Assembly: GCA_964016885.1 (NCBI GenBank)
Contig: OZ024742.1
Coordinates: 343,294,001 to 343,358,000, forward strand
Source: Eledone cirrhosa
Taxonomy: Eukaryota
Length of the DNA: 64,000 bases
Reading direction: 5' to 3'
How positions within the stretch are numbered: position 1 is the stretch's first letter; the number at the start of each line of letters is the position of its first letter. A program made the position numbers and the translations under genes. The notes below the pieces were generated by a model. It saw nothing but the letters and a program-made list of their open reading frames with translations. It searched no databases and was not told the DNA's origin. This document shows, in pieces, positions 39,238 through 50,998 of the stretch.

Positions 39238-41213
39238 CCGTTTTACGTCCGTTCTTCCACGCTAGCATGGGTTAGACGGGTTGTCCTGTTGTGGGCAGTG
39301 TCTGGTCGGCTGACCATGCCTTGCTCATACAGGAACTGATCTGGCTTGATTTCTACAGCTGGATGCCCTTCCTAACACCAACCTCATTTACAGTGAGTGC
39401 TGGGTGCTTTTTCGTGGCGCCTACACGTCCACTTTACAGTGTGGGCTGGGTGCTTTTTTGCCGTGGCACCTCCACGGCCACCTTGCGGTGGGGGGGTGGG
39501 GGGGGGGGCATATTGTTTATATGCTTCAGCATGTACCCATGGGAGGTCGGGTACCCTGTATTACTGCGTGACGCCAGAAGTCACAGTCGTGTGTCATTGA
39601 CTTTGAGAGGTGTAGTTGGGTAAGGTCGGCTTTTATCACCTCATCCCAAGTCATCTTGGGTCTCCCCACTCCGCGGTTTCCATCAACTTCTAGTGCTCTG
39701 CACCTTTTTATGCAGCTGTCATCCTTCATACGCATCACATGTCCATACCAGCGTAACCGCCTCTCCTGCACGCAGCATTTGATTCCTCTTATGCTCAGTC
39801 TCTCTCTCAATTCCTTTATGCTTTGTCGTTCACGTATATTACTGTTACACATCCATCGGAGCATGCAGGCTTCGTTTCTCTCTAATCTACGTAAGTCTTC
39901 CACCTTCAGCGCCCAGGTCTCACTACCATGCAACATCGCTGTTCGGATACACGCATCATACAGTCTGCCTTTCATTCTGAGGGAGAAGCCTTTTGCAGCT
40001 AGCAGTGGTAGTAGTTCCCTAAACTTCTTCCATCCCGTTCTTACCCTAGTTATTGTACTTTCTGAGCACCCACCTCCGTTGCTAATTCAGTCACCTAGGT
40101 AGCAGAAGCTGTCTACTGTTTCTACAGGGCCCTCCCAGAGATTGGTGGTACTTGTTTCCTGTGGCTGTTTGCTTGCTGTTTCAGCACAGCTGCTGCATGT
40201 GAATCCTACATTCTTAATTAAGCTTCCTGAGATCCCGCTACATCTCTTGTGTACCCATTGTTTGCATTTGGGGCAGAGAATGGAGTTCCTACCTACACCT
40301 TTCCTACATACTGAGCAAGGCCATTTCCCTGAGGGGATCTGGGTTCTGTTTTCTCGTCTACTTACAAGGACCTTAGTCTTTGTCATGTTGACTTTGAGGC
40401 CCTTTCTCTCTAGTCCCTGCTTCCAGGTTTGGAATTTATTCTCTAGTTCTACCATAGATTCAGCTATGAGTGCGAGGTCATCAGCATACAGGAGTTCCCA
40501 TGGGCATCCGGTCTTAAACTCCTCCGTTATTGCCTGCAGGACTATGATGAACAGGAGAGGGTTAAGAACAGAGCCCTGGTGGACCCCAACCTGTACGCTA
40601 AATTCCTCGCTATACTCATTGCCAATCCTAACTTTGCTGACTGCTCCCCTATACATGGCTTGTACCGCTTTCACAAGCCATTCATCTACTCCTAGTTTTC
40701 TAAGAGCCCACCAGATTACTGCACGTGGAACTCTGTCAAAGGCTTTCTCAAGGTCGACAAATGCCAAGTAGAGTGGCTTACTTTTAGCTAGGTACTTTTC
40801 CTGTAATTGCCTCACAAGGAAGAGGGCATCAGTGGTGCCTTTCCCTGGTACAAACCCAAATTGCATCTCGTCTATATTCACCCGGTCCCTAATCAGCTGT
40901 GCTATAACTCTTTCTGTTACTTTCATGACCTGGTCCATCAACTTTATACCTCTATAGTTTCCTCTATCTAGTGCATCGCCTTTACCTTTGTAGCAGTTGA
41001 CAATGATGCTACTGCACCAATCTTTTGGTATGGCCCCCTCTAGTATTACCTGGTTAACGATACGTGTGGTTATAGTGTGACCTACAGACCCAGATGCCTT
41101 CAGCATCTCGGCAGCTATACCTGATGGACCGGTTGCCTTCCCCATCTTCATATCTTTGATTGCCTTACTTACTACGTAGCTGCTGACTTGTACTGCTGGC
41201 TCCTCTATAGGGT

Positions 41214-42629
41214 CTATTCTTCCCATGCATTCTCCTCATTTAGTAATCTATCATAATGACTCTTCCATGCATCTTTCTTCTCAGCACTTGTGAGGGCAAG
41301 CTCACCTTTATCATTCCGGATACACTTCTCTCCAATGACATCACAACTATCTCTGACACACTGCCTCGCAATCTTGAATACCTCCTGTTTCTGGTCCTCA
41401 CGTTGTAAAACATGCTTGAATTTTCTATCCTCTGCTTCCCTCCTAGCTAAGTATACTTGTCGCCTAGCTTCCCTCTTGGTCTCTATGTAATGTACCCTGC
41501 TCCCCCCGTTCTTCCATTCTTTCCATGCCTGTCTCTTGGCCTTGACTGCTTCATCTACCTTATTGTTCCACCACCAAGTCACTCTCCTCCTGCTTAAGGT
41601 CTTACTCCAGCCACAAACCTCATCCGTCGCCTCTAGTAAGTTATTTTTTAGGAACTCCCAGTTCTCTTCTACGTTAAATGTCTCTATCTGTTCTTCTTTA
41701 CTGTCGTAGGCGTTGAGTAAAATATCTTTAAATCTGTTACTGGTTGAGGGGACTTTCAGCTTCCAGATCTTTCTTCTCCAGGTTGGCCTCTGTTTCAGGG
41801 CTCGTCTAGTTCTGACTGTGAGGTCGCTGACAACTAAGCTATGTTGGGATGTACATTCCTCACTAGGGAAGGCTTTTGTGTTTACGACCGTCCATCTGTC
41901 ACGTCCTCTGATGAGGATAAAATCTAACTGACTAGAGTGCTCCCCTGATCTATAGGTGATCAGGTGGTTGTCGGGTTTTTTAAAGTTTGTGTTACATATC
42001 GACATGTCATTGGCGTCGCAGAATTCTAGAAGTCTGAATCCTTCCTCATTCCTTGTGCCAACTCCATGGCCTCCATGTACTCTATTGAAGCCGTCGCAGT
42101 GTTTACCTACGTGTCCGTTAAAATCTCCTGCAATGATTAGGAAGTCCTTGTCGTCTGTTAGAGCAGTAGTGTGTATTAGGGACTCGTAAAACCTATCCTT
42201 AAGTTCGTCTGGCAGCCCCGATTGGGGTGCGTAAGCTGATATTATTGTGGTAATTGTCTTATTCAGGACTAGTCTGAGTTTAATGATTCTTGCATTTACC
42301 CTGTACACTGAGATTACTTTATCTACCCACTTGTCAGCTAATAGTCTCCCTACACCACCCATCCCATCGTCATTTCCCACCCAGAAAAATTTGTAGCACT
42401 GGCTTTTTCCCACAAGGACTCTAGCAGACCCTCCTCTCCATCTAGTCTCTTGCACACAGCATACATCAACTTCCTTTCGCTCTAGCATTTCTACGATTTC
42501 TCCTGCTCTTCCTTTCATTGAGCCTACATTGATGGTACCAACTCGGAGTTTTGGGCATTTGTCGACACTCGTAGGGGAGGGTCTCTGGGTTGGCGCTTCA
42601 CGTGGGTGCTTGGTAGCTCGCAGATTCAT
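41214..42629 (-). CDS. RTE-B apurinic-like endonuclease + linker ORF (471 aa)
   Basis: VGTINVGSM, CVQETRW, AYAPQ, GDFNGH, QLDFIL and SQH motifs are uninterrupted. Confidence 0.8.
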   Translation of the reverse strand: MNLRATKHPREAPTQRPSPTSVDKCPKLRVGTINVGSMKGRAGEIVEMLERKEVDVCCVQETRWRGGSARVLVGKSQCYKFFWVGNDDGMGGVGRLLADKWVDKVISVYRVNARIIKLRLVLNKTITTIISAYAPQSGLPDELKDRFYESLIHTTALTDDKDFLIIAGDFNGHVGKHCDGFNRVHGGHGVGTRNEEGFRLLEFCDANDMSICNTNFKKPDNHLITYRSGEHSSQLDFILIRGRDRWTVVNTKAFPSEECTSQHSLVVSDLTVRTRRALKQRPTWRRKIWKLKVPSTSNRFKDILLNAYDSKEEQIETFNVEENWEFLKNNLLEATDEVCGWSKTLSRRRVTWWWNNKVDEAVKAKRQAWKEWKNGGSRVHYIETKREARRQVYLARREAEDRKFKHVLQREDQKQEVFKIARQCVRDSCDVIGEKCIRNDKGELALTSAEKKDAWKSHYDRLLNEENAWEE

Positions 42630-42873
42630 ATTTCATCTATTGATTCAGAGTTGCTCGTGTATTCCCAGCTCATCCATCCATAACGGTGGGAAAATTGAGG
42701 GCTAGAAGAACAGTGGTGGTGGGGTAATGGCAGGGTGTGTTGGGATGCGCCAGAGGAGGAGAGAGTTAGTTAGGCAGGTAGTAGCAGCAGCAGTGGAAAT
42801 GGCATGCTAGGTTTGATTGGTCGAATAGACTATGGTGGTGTGTGGGGGTGGGGGGGAGGGAAATTGTGAGGTA

Positions 42874-43747
42874 GGAACTGAGGGTCGCATGGTAAATATC
42901 CAAATTAATACTACATCAGTAAAATTAACAATAATAACGTCATGAAAAAACTACTAAGAGAAACCCTCGAAAATTTATCGCTAATACAGCAGGGAAAATT
43001 TAACGCTAATACAGCAGGGAACATCATAATATTAACGACAATATGTAGGCTAAAATACCTTCGTAGATTAGATGGATGGCTGGAAAAATTGGAATCAGCT
43101 CTAGTGATACATTTTAGCAGAGAAGAATGGGAAAGTGTCTTATCTCTTCAATATTTTCAGATTGAATAAATTAGGTTAAAGACAGGGTAGTAAGCCTTAA
43201 AGAAGTGCATAGAGAGGGGGGGGGTTAGGAACTGAGGGTCGCATGGTAAATAACTGAGAGAGATACAATAGGATTAGAATACCGCATGGTAAATATCCAA
43301 GTTAATAAGTTAATACTACATCAGTAAAATTAACAATAATAACGTCATGAAAAAACTACTAAGAGAAACCCTCGAAAATTTATCGCTAATACAGCAGGGA
43401 AAATTTAACGCTAATACAGCAGGGAACATCATAATATTAACGACAATATGTAGGCTAAAATACCTTCGTAGATTAGATGGATGGCTGGAAAAATTGGAAT
43501 CAGCTCTAGTGATACATTTTAGCAGAGAAGAATGGGAAAGTGTCTTATCTCTTCAATATTTTCAGATTGAATGAATTAGGTTAAAGACAGGGTAGTAAGC
43601 CTTAAAGAAGTGCATAGAGAGGGGGGGGTAGGAACTGAGGGTCGCATGGTAAATAACTGAGAGAGATACAATAGGATTAGAATACCGCATGGTAAATATC
43701 CAAGTTAATAAGTTAATACTACATCAGTAAAATTAACAATAATAACG

Positions 43748-43748
<1 letters not shown>
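42874..43748 (-). repeat. 405-bp tandem monomers (~2.15 copies) at the RTE-B 5' end
   Basis: Identical 75-aa antisense ORFs at 42942 and 43347 mark the 405-bp period. Confidence 0.92.
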
Positions 43749-43781
<33 letters not shown>

Positions 43782-43789
43782 TATATATC

Positions 43790-44075
43790 ATAATCGTTTA
43801 ACATCCATTTTCCACGCTAGCATGGGTTAGACAGGTTGTCCCATTTGAGGCAAAATGGGTCAGGTGACCATGTGTTACTCATAGAACTGCTTCTGGCTAG
43901 GTTTCTACAGCTGGATACCCTTCCTAACACCAACCACATTTACAGTGTGGGCTGGGTGCTTTTTGTTGCGACACCTACACAAGCATTTTACAGTGTGGGC
44001 TGGGTGCTTTTTGTTGCGACACCTACACAAGCATTTTACAGTGTGGGCTGGATGCTTTTTGTGGTGACTCATACG
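43790..44075 (-). mobile_element. RTE 3' UTR fragment with triplicated internal motif
   Basis: ggatacccttcctaacaccaaccacatttacagtgtgggctgggtgcttttt, with the second half repeated. Confidence 0.75.
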
Positions 44076-44489
44076 TGTATCTGTTCTCTCCTTATCTGAA
44101 CTTTCCCAAAGATGGACTTCTGTTCGAAACGTTGATACCTCTTCCACTTCTTCCAAGCATGAACCTAAAATAACTGTAAATTTGCCTCCTGAGTTTTGTT
44201 TTGTTTCATTTATTAATATATATAGTAGAAAACCAGCCAGAAACTGCCCTATATGAGCGAGACATGGTCACCCAACCCAACTTGCCTCTAAATGGGACAA
44301 ACCCATCTAACCCATGCTAACGTGGAAGATGGACGTTAAATGATGATGATCATCATCATCACCATTTTTACATCTGTTTTGTCATATGTGTGTGTATCAC
44401 CATCATCATTATTACTGTTTTCTATCTGTTTTTCCATGCTTTGCAGGCTGGATGGGTCTTTTCCAGGACACATCTCTCTATTTGTCTCA

Positions 44490-46500
44490 GTCCTTCATCA
44501 ACCTGGCTGTGAGATTCAATGATTTGAGATTAAGTTTGACAACCTCTGCCCATGTCTTCATTGGCCTCCTACTGTAGCTTCCTTTAACTGGGATCCCTTG
44601 TTACTTCTTCATCCAATGATCAGCTTCCATATGCCTCACATGGCCATTCCTTCACAATCTCTTCCCCTGGACACGTCTGATTTCTCATATCTATCTTCTC
44701 TCTCAGTTCATCTATGCTTTGCCTTTCATCAAGATTAGCATTGCACATCCATCGAAGCATGCTTGCTTCATTTCTCTCTAGCGTTTGCATATCCTCTCCA
44801 TGTTCACTGCTCATGTCTCACTACCATACCAAATCACATTTCATATAGAGGCATCATGCAATCAGCCTTTCATAAAGAGAGTAGTAGCTTCAACAGAGGT
44901 AGTAGCTTCCTAAACTGTTTCCATTCTGTCCTCACTCTATTATGCTCCTGGCACTGTAGCAAAATCCGTCCACACCTTGACCCCTGGCTGACATTCATCG
45001 GTCACTTTTTTGCGTAAACAAGTCTGTGCATGGGCGATCTCTTGAGGTCACCCCTGTGGTTCTAACGATGTAAAACATTTGCTTTCTACAGACCCCCTTG
45101 GGGTCTACAGACTCTTACTCTCTCTCTCTCTCTCTCTTTTTCTGTCTCTCTCCCTTTCACTCAATCTCTATCTCATGGTCTCTCTCTTAACCAAGCCAGT
45201 GAAGTTTATGAAGTTTTCTTGGTAAATACAATTTAATTCTACTTTTACAAACAAACAAATAACGTCCATAATTCTTGTGTATTTTTCGGATAGCTTCGGC
45301 GTGAGTTATTTTCAATAAATTAATAATAGAGGTTTGGTGTCATCGTGGTTCATTTATATATATTCATTTTCTACGTCATCAAGGAACTATCATATCATCA
45401 TCATCATCTTATTGAACACTTACTCATTTACCTGAACACATGTAACCTCTGGTCACACTGTATCATACCACAGTGACCACACGACACAGCAAGCTACAAG
45501 TGACCACACGACACAGCAAGCTACAAGTGACCACACGACACAGCAAGCTACAAGTGACCACACGACACAGCAAGCTACAAGTGACCACACGACACAGCAA
45601 GCTACAAGTGAGCACGCACGCAACAAACAAATTAACACCACATCTCAATCCACTACCAACATAGATCAACAAATAATCGCTTATAGTACAGCCTCCTCCC
45701 CATCTAATATTGTTACCTAGGTAGCGGAAGCTATCAATTACTTCTATGAGAATGGAAAACGTTTATTGTACTGATGCTCTTACTACCAATTATCCCTGTG
45801 CATCTGTCACATACAAAGTTTACTTTGCCTACTAGGTTACTCTGCCTACTATCCCATTACACCTCTTGTGTATCTTGGATTTGTTTTGTGTACATCATAT
45901 AGCATTAACTACTCCTTTTCTACATATTGAGCAGAGCCACTTTCCTGATGGGATCAGGATCCTGTCTTCTTTGCTGTTTACTAGTGTAAACTAGAACTAG
46001 TTTTCACAAAGCCTCTTTAATTCTAAGTTCCGTTTTCAAAGTTAGAATTTCCTCTCTAGCTCTCCCACTGATTTAGCGCTAAGAACCAGATTGTTGGCAT
46101 ACAGAATTCCTATGGGTAATTTGTCTTAAACTCCTCTGTTATGGCCTGAAGAACTATAATAAACAGGAGTGAGCTGAAGACTGAACCCTAATGGACACCC
46201 ATCTGTATTTTGAACTTCTCACTAAACTCATTTCCCACTTTCACCTTATTAAGAGCTCCTCTGTACATAGCTTGCACTGCTCTTATAAGCCGTTCTTCTA
46301 TTCCTATATTCCTTAATGACCACCAGATGAAGCTACTCTGTCAAAAGCCTTCTCTAAATCAATAAGAGCTAAATATTGGGGCTTATTCTTAGCTAGGAAT
46401 GTCTCTGTTAGTTGTCTCGCTTGGAAGAGGGCATCTGTAGTACGTCTCCCTGGCACAAAACCAAATTGCATCTTATCTAATTTGCTTCTCTCCTTTTCAT
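44490..46500 (-). mobile_element. Fragmented old RTE (pieces ~44490-44940 and ~45690-46500)
   Basis: LERNEASMLRWMCN and QFGFVPGRRTTDALF...DLEKAFDRV motifs. Confidence 0.8.
45473..45611. repeat. 27-bp minisatellite, 5 units
   Basis: gtgaccacacgacacagcaagctacaa x5. Confidence 0.95.
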
Positions 46501-47224
46501 GATGTCTATAGTGACAGAACGTGTGGTACAATGATCCTACATTAAGTTTTACTAAACATTTGGAGATACTCAAACAGAAACAAGTTTCAAAACTCACTAA
46601 GTGTTATCAACATTGGTGTTATCTAAATAAGAGAACGGTACACAGGTTCAGTGATGGCCCCCACATCAGTGGAGAGTGACCAATGCTCCTAGGTCCTGGC
46701 TGACAGGATGGAGAATATATTGGAAAAAAATCTGAAAAATTAATAAGCGGGAGGGAGTTATTCGAGACCTGGGAGCATTTCGTTTATTTAACACAACCAT
46801 CATTTATATCATATTTCAGAGTGTTGCAGTTCCCAACCAAAATATAGCCATAGAGATATTCTCAACTGAACATCGTACATTGATTGCTATGCTTTTGCTG
46901 ACAATATCATTGGTGTTATCTAAATAAAAGGTTCGGCGATGACCCCACATCAGTGGAGAGTGATCTAAGCCACAGAAAGCCACCAACAAACTGCATTGTA
47001 GTTATGTATAGTATTGAGTTGTTTCCCTTGAACGAAACCATTATTATAATAACATACGTCCCTTTATGATCTGAGTTCAAATCCCGCCGAGGTTAGCTTT
47101 GCCTTTCATCCTTACGGGGTCGATAAAATAAAGTACCAGTAATGTACTGGGTTATTTGCTGGCCTTGTGCCATAAGTAGAAACAATTATTATAACAACAT
47201 AAAAACAATTATTATAACAACATA

Positions 47225-48055
47225 AATTGGTTGTTGAGAAAGTGCAGACTTTGATAATGGTGAATCATTGTTTGGTGGTGTGAGAAATTGGTGACAAGGT
47301 TGAAATCAGTAATCATTCTACCCATGTAATTTTAAAGGAAGATTTGGGAATGTGCTGAATGGCAGCAACATTTATGCCCAAGATGCTGTCCCAGGAATAG
47401 CAACAACTTTGTCTTAATACTTTAGCATGTAAACCGGCCATACCCAGCCAGAATTCTCTCACCTCTTTCAGTTCAAACCTTATGTTAAGGTAATGTTCTC
47501 AAAATAAATAATGTCAAAATCTCATAGATTCGATATTATGTGAGGTAAAGCCTTTACCGTAAAAACATAATAGTATATATAGAGTAATGTAAATTGTGAA
47601 GGGTTAAAGTTGCACAGACCTTTTAACTGACTATGATATATTTTATCAAATTTTAATAATATTAAACAAAAAAATTCTGATCAAATTTCCGGCTTTGACA
47701 ATCAAGATTGATTGTGTCCTATGAAGAGATTTTTAAAGAAATAGAGAGAAAGTGACATATGAATGAATATTCCCTACATCCACCTAACTTACCTTCCACC
47801 TCTGGGTTCCAGTCGGCAGGATGGAGAATACATTGCCCTGGAGGACAACAAGTGAGATGCGCTGCTGGAACCAGCCACTGTACCTCGCAAGGCTCACACC
47901 ATGGTGGCCAACTCCACTCCGATAACAGTGAGTAGGGATGTGGTCTGGGGGGCCAAGAATGCGGTAAGTCTCAGGCTCTACGATAAACTTATCAGATACT
48001 AAGTTCTTGAATACCATGATAACTGGAGATGAAATGTGGGTGTATGGGTATGAAT
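47225..48055 (+). pseudogene. Fragmented mariner transposase remnant
   Basis: 47230-47410 translates VEKVQTLI...ILKEDLGM..AATFMPKMLSQE (HTH + WVP-like linker); 48001-48054 translates KFLNTMITGDEMWVYGYE (first catalytic Asp motif); interrupted by insertions. Confidence 0.7.
47414..47607 (+). mobile_element. TTAA-flanked MITE (piggyBac-like) inserted in the mariner remnant
   Basis: ttaa...aagggttaa ends; body homologous to 48276-48450. Confidence 0.65.
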
Positions 48056-48275
48056 AAAAATTAAAAAAAATTATTATAATTATCAAAGCATTATAATTAT
48101 CAAAGCATTTATAAATATGTATGAGGAGGACAGTTAGAAAGGAGAAGTATGAGGAAGTCCTCTGATGTTTTAGTGATGCAATTCAGTGGCAGCTGCAATA
48201 CAAAAATGCTCTGACTCAAATTTCCTTAGCAAAGAAAGGTTTTTGTTTATTTGCCAGACTCTGTGCTTTCCAGAC

Positions 48276-48450
48276 TTAATCCTGTAGCACTTAAATCGGT
48301 CATATCACCTCTTTCTGTTCAAACTGGTTGCTCATACTGATATTAAGGTATTGTTCTCAAAATCTCATAGATTCGATATTATGTAAGATAAAGCATTTTC
48401 TGTGAAAATACAATAGTAGATATAGAGTAATGTAAATACTAAAGGGTTAA
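48276..48450 (+). mobile_element. TTAA-flanked MITE (piggyBac-like)
   Basis: ttaatcctgtagca...actaaagggttaa. Confidence 0.65.
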
Positions 48451-48857
48451 AGTTGTTCTCAAAACTGAAGATGTCACTGAAATACTTCTGATTTGGATAG
48501 TGGAAGGATTGCTGGACTGTGTAGAGATCCCCACCACCACCACTTATTAAATTTTGCTAATTTTATTTTATTTTAAGTGAAATTTTATTTTAAGTGGTAG
48601 CATTCCTGCGATAATTTTCTTTAGACATTAAAAAAACATTATACATGGTGAAAAAAAGAACTTTAGAAGAAATCCCATATGCTATAAAATAAATAGGATG
48701 AGCTGGGGTCTCAATATGTAAATTAACCAATTCTGGTTTATAAAAATATCAAAGGAGACAATCTAGAAAAATTATTCAAATCAATCCACCCCAACCTTTA
48801 TTATTTGGGAGCTGAAAGTACTTTGAAGGAGATTAGAAATTAAATTCCACCAATTTT

Positions 48858-49757
48858 GTTTATCTTGTAGTTGCCCAATTATTTTTGGTTATTTTTGAAT
48901 TTTTTTTTTATGTAATTAAGAAAGTTATTATTAATTAAATCTTAAATTATTAAATTTTTTTTTATTTTTGTTAAAATAAAAAAATAATAATTTAAAGAAA
49001 AGTAAATAAGAAACAATTATAATTTTTTTTTTTTGATTTGTGTTAACCCTAACCCTAACCATCTTTACAACTTTGTAGACCCCAACAACTCCACAATCCA
49101 CACAAACCGTGTAGAGGGCAGCTGGGGGCTTTGCAAAGTCAAATTCCGTGCCATGAGAGGAACAAGCGAGGCACTTTTCGCCACTCACCTCCAGGAGTTC
49201 CGCCGTGCTATTAAAAAAAAAATCTTCGGCAATATTCTATATTGGATACAACATTATTATGATGTATAATAGACACTTTGGAATATTAAAATTTATGTTA
49301 AAGAAAAAAAAAAATTAACAAAAATCCCCCCCCCCATATATATATATATATATAATTTGTTTATTTACTTGTCTTAAAATTTTTTTAAATTAACAAAAAT
49401 AAAAAAACAAATATTAATAAAAAAAATATTAAATAAATTAAAATTTAATCAATAATTGTTTCTACTTTAGGCACAAGGCCAGCAATTACCCAGTGCATTA
49501 CTGGTACTTTATTTTATCGACCTCGTAAGGATGAAAGGCTAAGTCAACCTCGGTGGGATTTGAACTCAGATCGTAAAGGGACGTAACTATGCTTCAAAGC
49601 ATGGCGTCCGACTCTCTACCGATACTGCCAATCTACCGCCCTATAAAATTTAATCAATAATAACTTTCTTACTTATTTACATAAAAAAAATAATACCCCC
49701 CACCCACCCACACACACACACACAAACAAATTTAACGCGGGCAACTACAAGATAGCC
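48858..49757 (+). mobile_element. Non-autonomous Merlin (IS1595/ISXO2-like) DNA transposon with nested SINE
   Basis: TIRs tatcttgtagttgccc / gggcaactacaagata; 8-bp TSD ccaatttt/tcaatttt; internal NH..FVDP...HTNRVEGSW..K......G......HLQEF transposase C-terminus (49033..49269); SINE at ~49455-49643(-). Confidence 0.85.
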
Positions 49758-50494
49758 TCAATTTTTCCCCAGCATAAGGTCAGATACTTTTTTGACAGCA
49801 TGTGTGGCTTAGTGCATTGGGTTCACAATCATGAGGTTGTGAGTTTGATTCTCAGACAGCATTGTGTCTTTGACGCTTTCTTTCACATTGCTTCAGTTTA
49901 CTTAGCTAGAGAAATGAGTTGCGACACCACTGGTGTCAAGTTGTATCAGCCTTTGCCTTTCCTTTGGACATCAGAGACATGACGGAGGGAGACTGCTTTG
50001 CATGGATTACAGCTGGTCTTCCACAAACACACCTTGCCCAGGCTTGTTTTAATGTCGTTATAGTCAGTCTCAATTTCGTCATCAGTAACTTAAATTTTGC
50101 ATAACTGTAGGATGGAACGAATTGTTTGTATTATGAAGAGTGAGGTGGACTGGCAGCATATTGAATGCTTTGTGGCATAGAGTTACAGCCCTTTCCTTTC
50201 AGAGTTTTAATTCCGCCGAGGATAGCTTTGTTTTTCATCCTTATGTTGGCGATAAAATAAAGTACCAGTAATGCACTGAGATCAATTTAATTGACTTCCC
50301 CTCCCTCAAAATTGTTGGCCTTGTGCCTAAATCAGAAACCATTATGAAGAGTGGGACATTAACACCGGTGATTATCTATCGCAGAATAGCAAAACAATGT
50401 AAATATTTTAAAGTTTTGCAAAGGAATACAAGGTGTCGCGTCGTGCCTTAAATTACCATAAATATACATACAGTTAAAACTCCATACTATACTA

Positions 50495-50625
50495 TTTGCC
50501 AAGTCAACAAAACTCTCTTGCAACATTGTAGAGTGAATGTTAAATTTTATAAGCTTCAGCTTTGAGAAACTACTCTCACCATTTTCCATCGATAGTGGAA
50601 GTGTGAAAAGGATGTTCAATGCAAT
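50495..50625 (-). pseudogene. hAT transposase dimerisation-domain remnant
   Basis: ILFTLPLSMENGESSFSKLKLIKFNIHSTMLQESFVDLA fits the hAT consensus (LP.S....ERSFS.LK.IK..LRSTM.Q.RL..LA). Confidence 0.75.
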
Positions 50626-50998
50626 AGCATCATTTGAGTGATATAAAAAATTTTCCCGATTTTAGAATTATTCCAGTTTATCATTTTTCCGAACTTACAA
50701 GGAAAAAATCCGTAGAGGTAATATCACGTGAGCACAATCGCGTGACAAATCACATTATTCTTTCAAAGGAAAAGTTCAGCGCCATGTTTCTCCAGGGAAT
50801 ACCGCAAGTGTCAACAAACGCAAGAGAAAAGAAGAAACTGTAAAAGCAAAAGATAAGAAAATGGTAAATAATATCAAATAATTATTAAAAAGTGTTGACA
50901 TTAAAAACTTTCAGTCTGAAGGATGAGTTATGTTACAGGAGTCGCATTACACGAATAATTAAGTTTCATACATACATATATATATGTGTGTGTGTATA

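Larger units (their letters stand above)
39208..43748 (-). mobile_element. RTE-B copy 3, apparently full length with 405-bp tandem 5' monomers
   Basis: APE ORF 41214..42629, overlapping RT ORF 40087..41226 (one CGA>TGA stop), continuation to 39526; (CAT)n tail; TA/CA repeats on both flanks. Confidence 0.95.

Noticed and set aside
42942-43574. Twin 75-aa ORFs MKKLLRETLENL...
   Set aside because: They result from the 405-bp duplication and are antisense to the element with no recognisable domain; an ORF0-like role cannot be supported from sequence alone
47784-47980. GC-richer segment with a minus-strand GTAAGT donor, possible exon
   Set aside because: No convincing acceptor or recognisable product; sits among transposon debris
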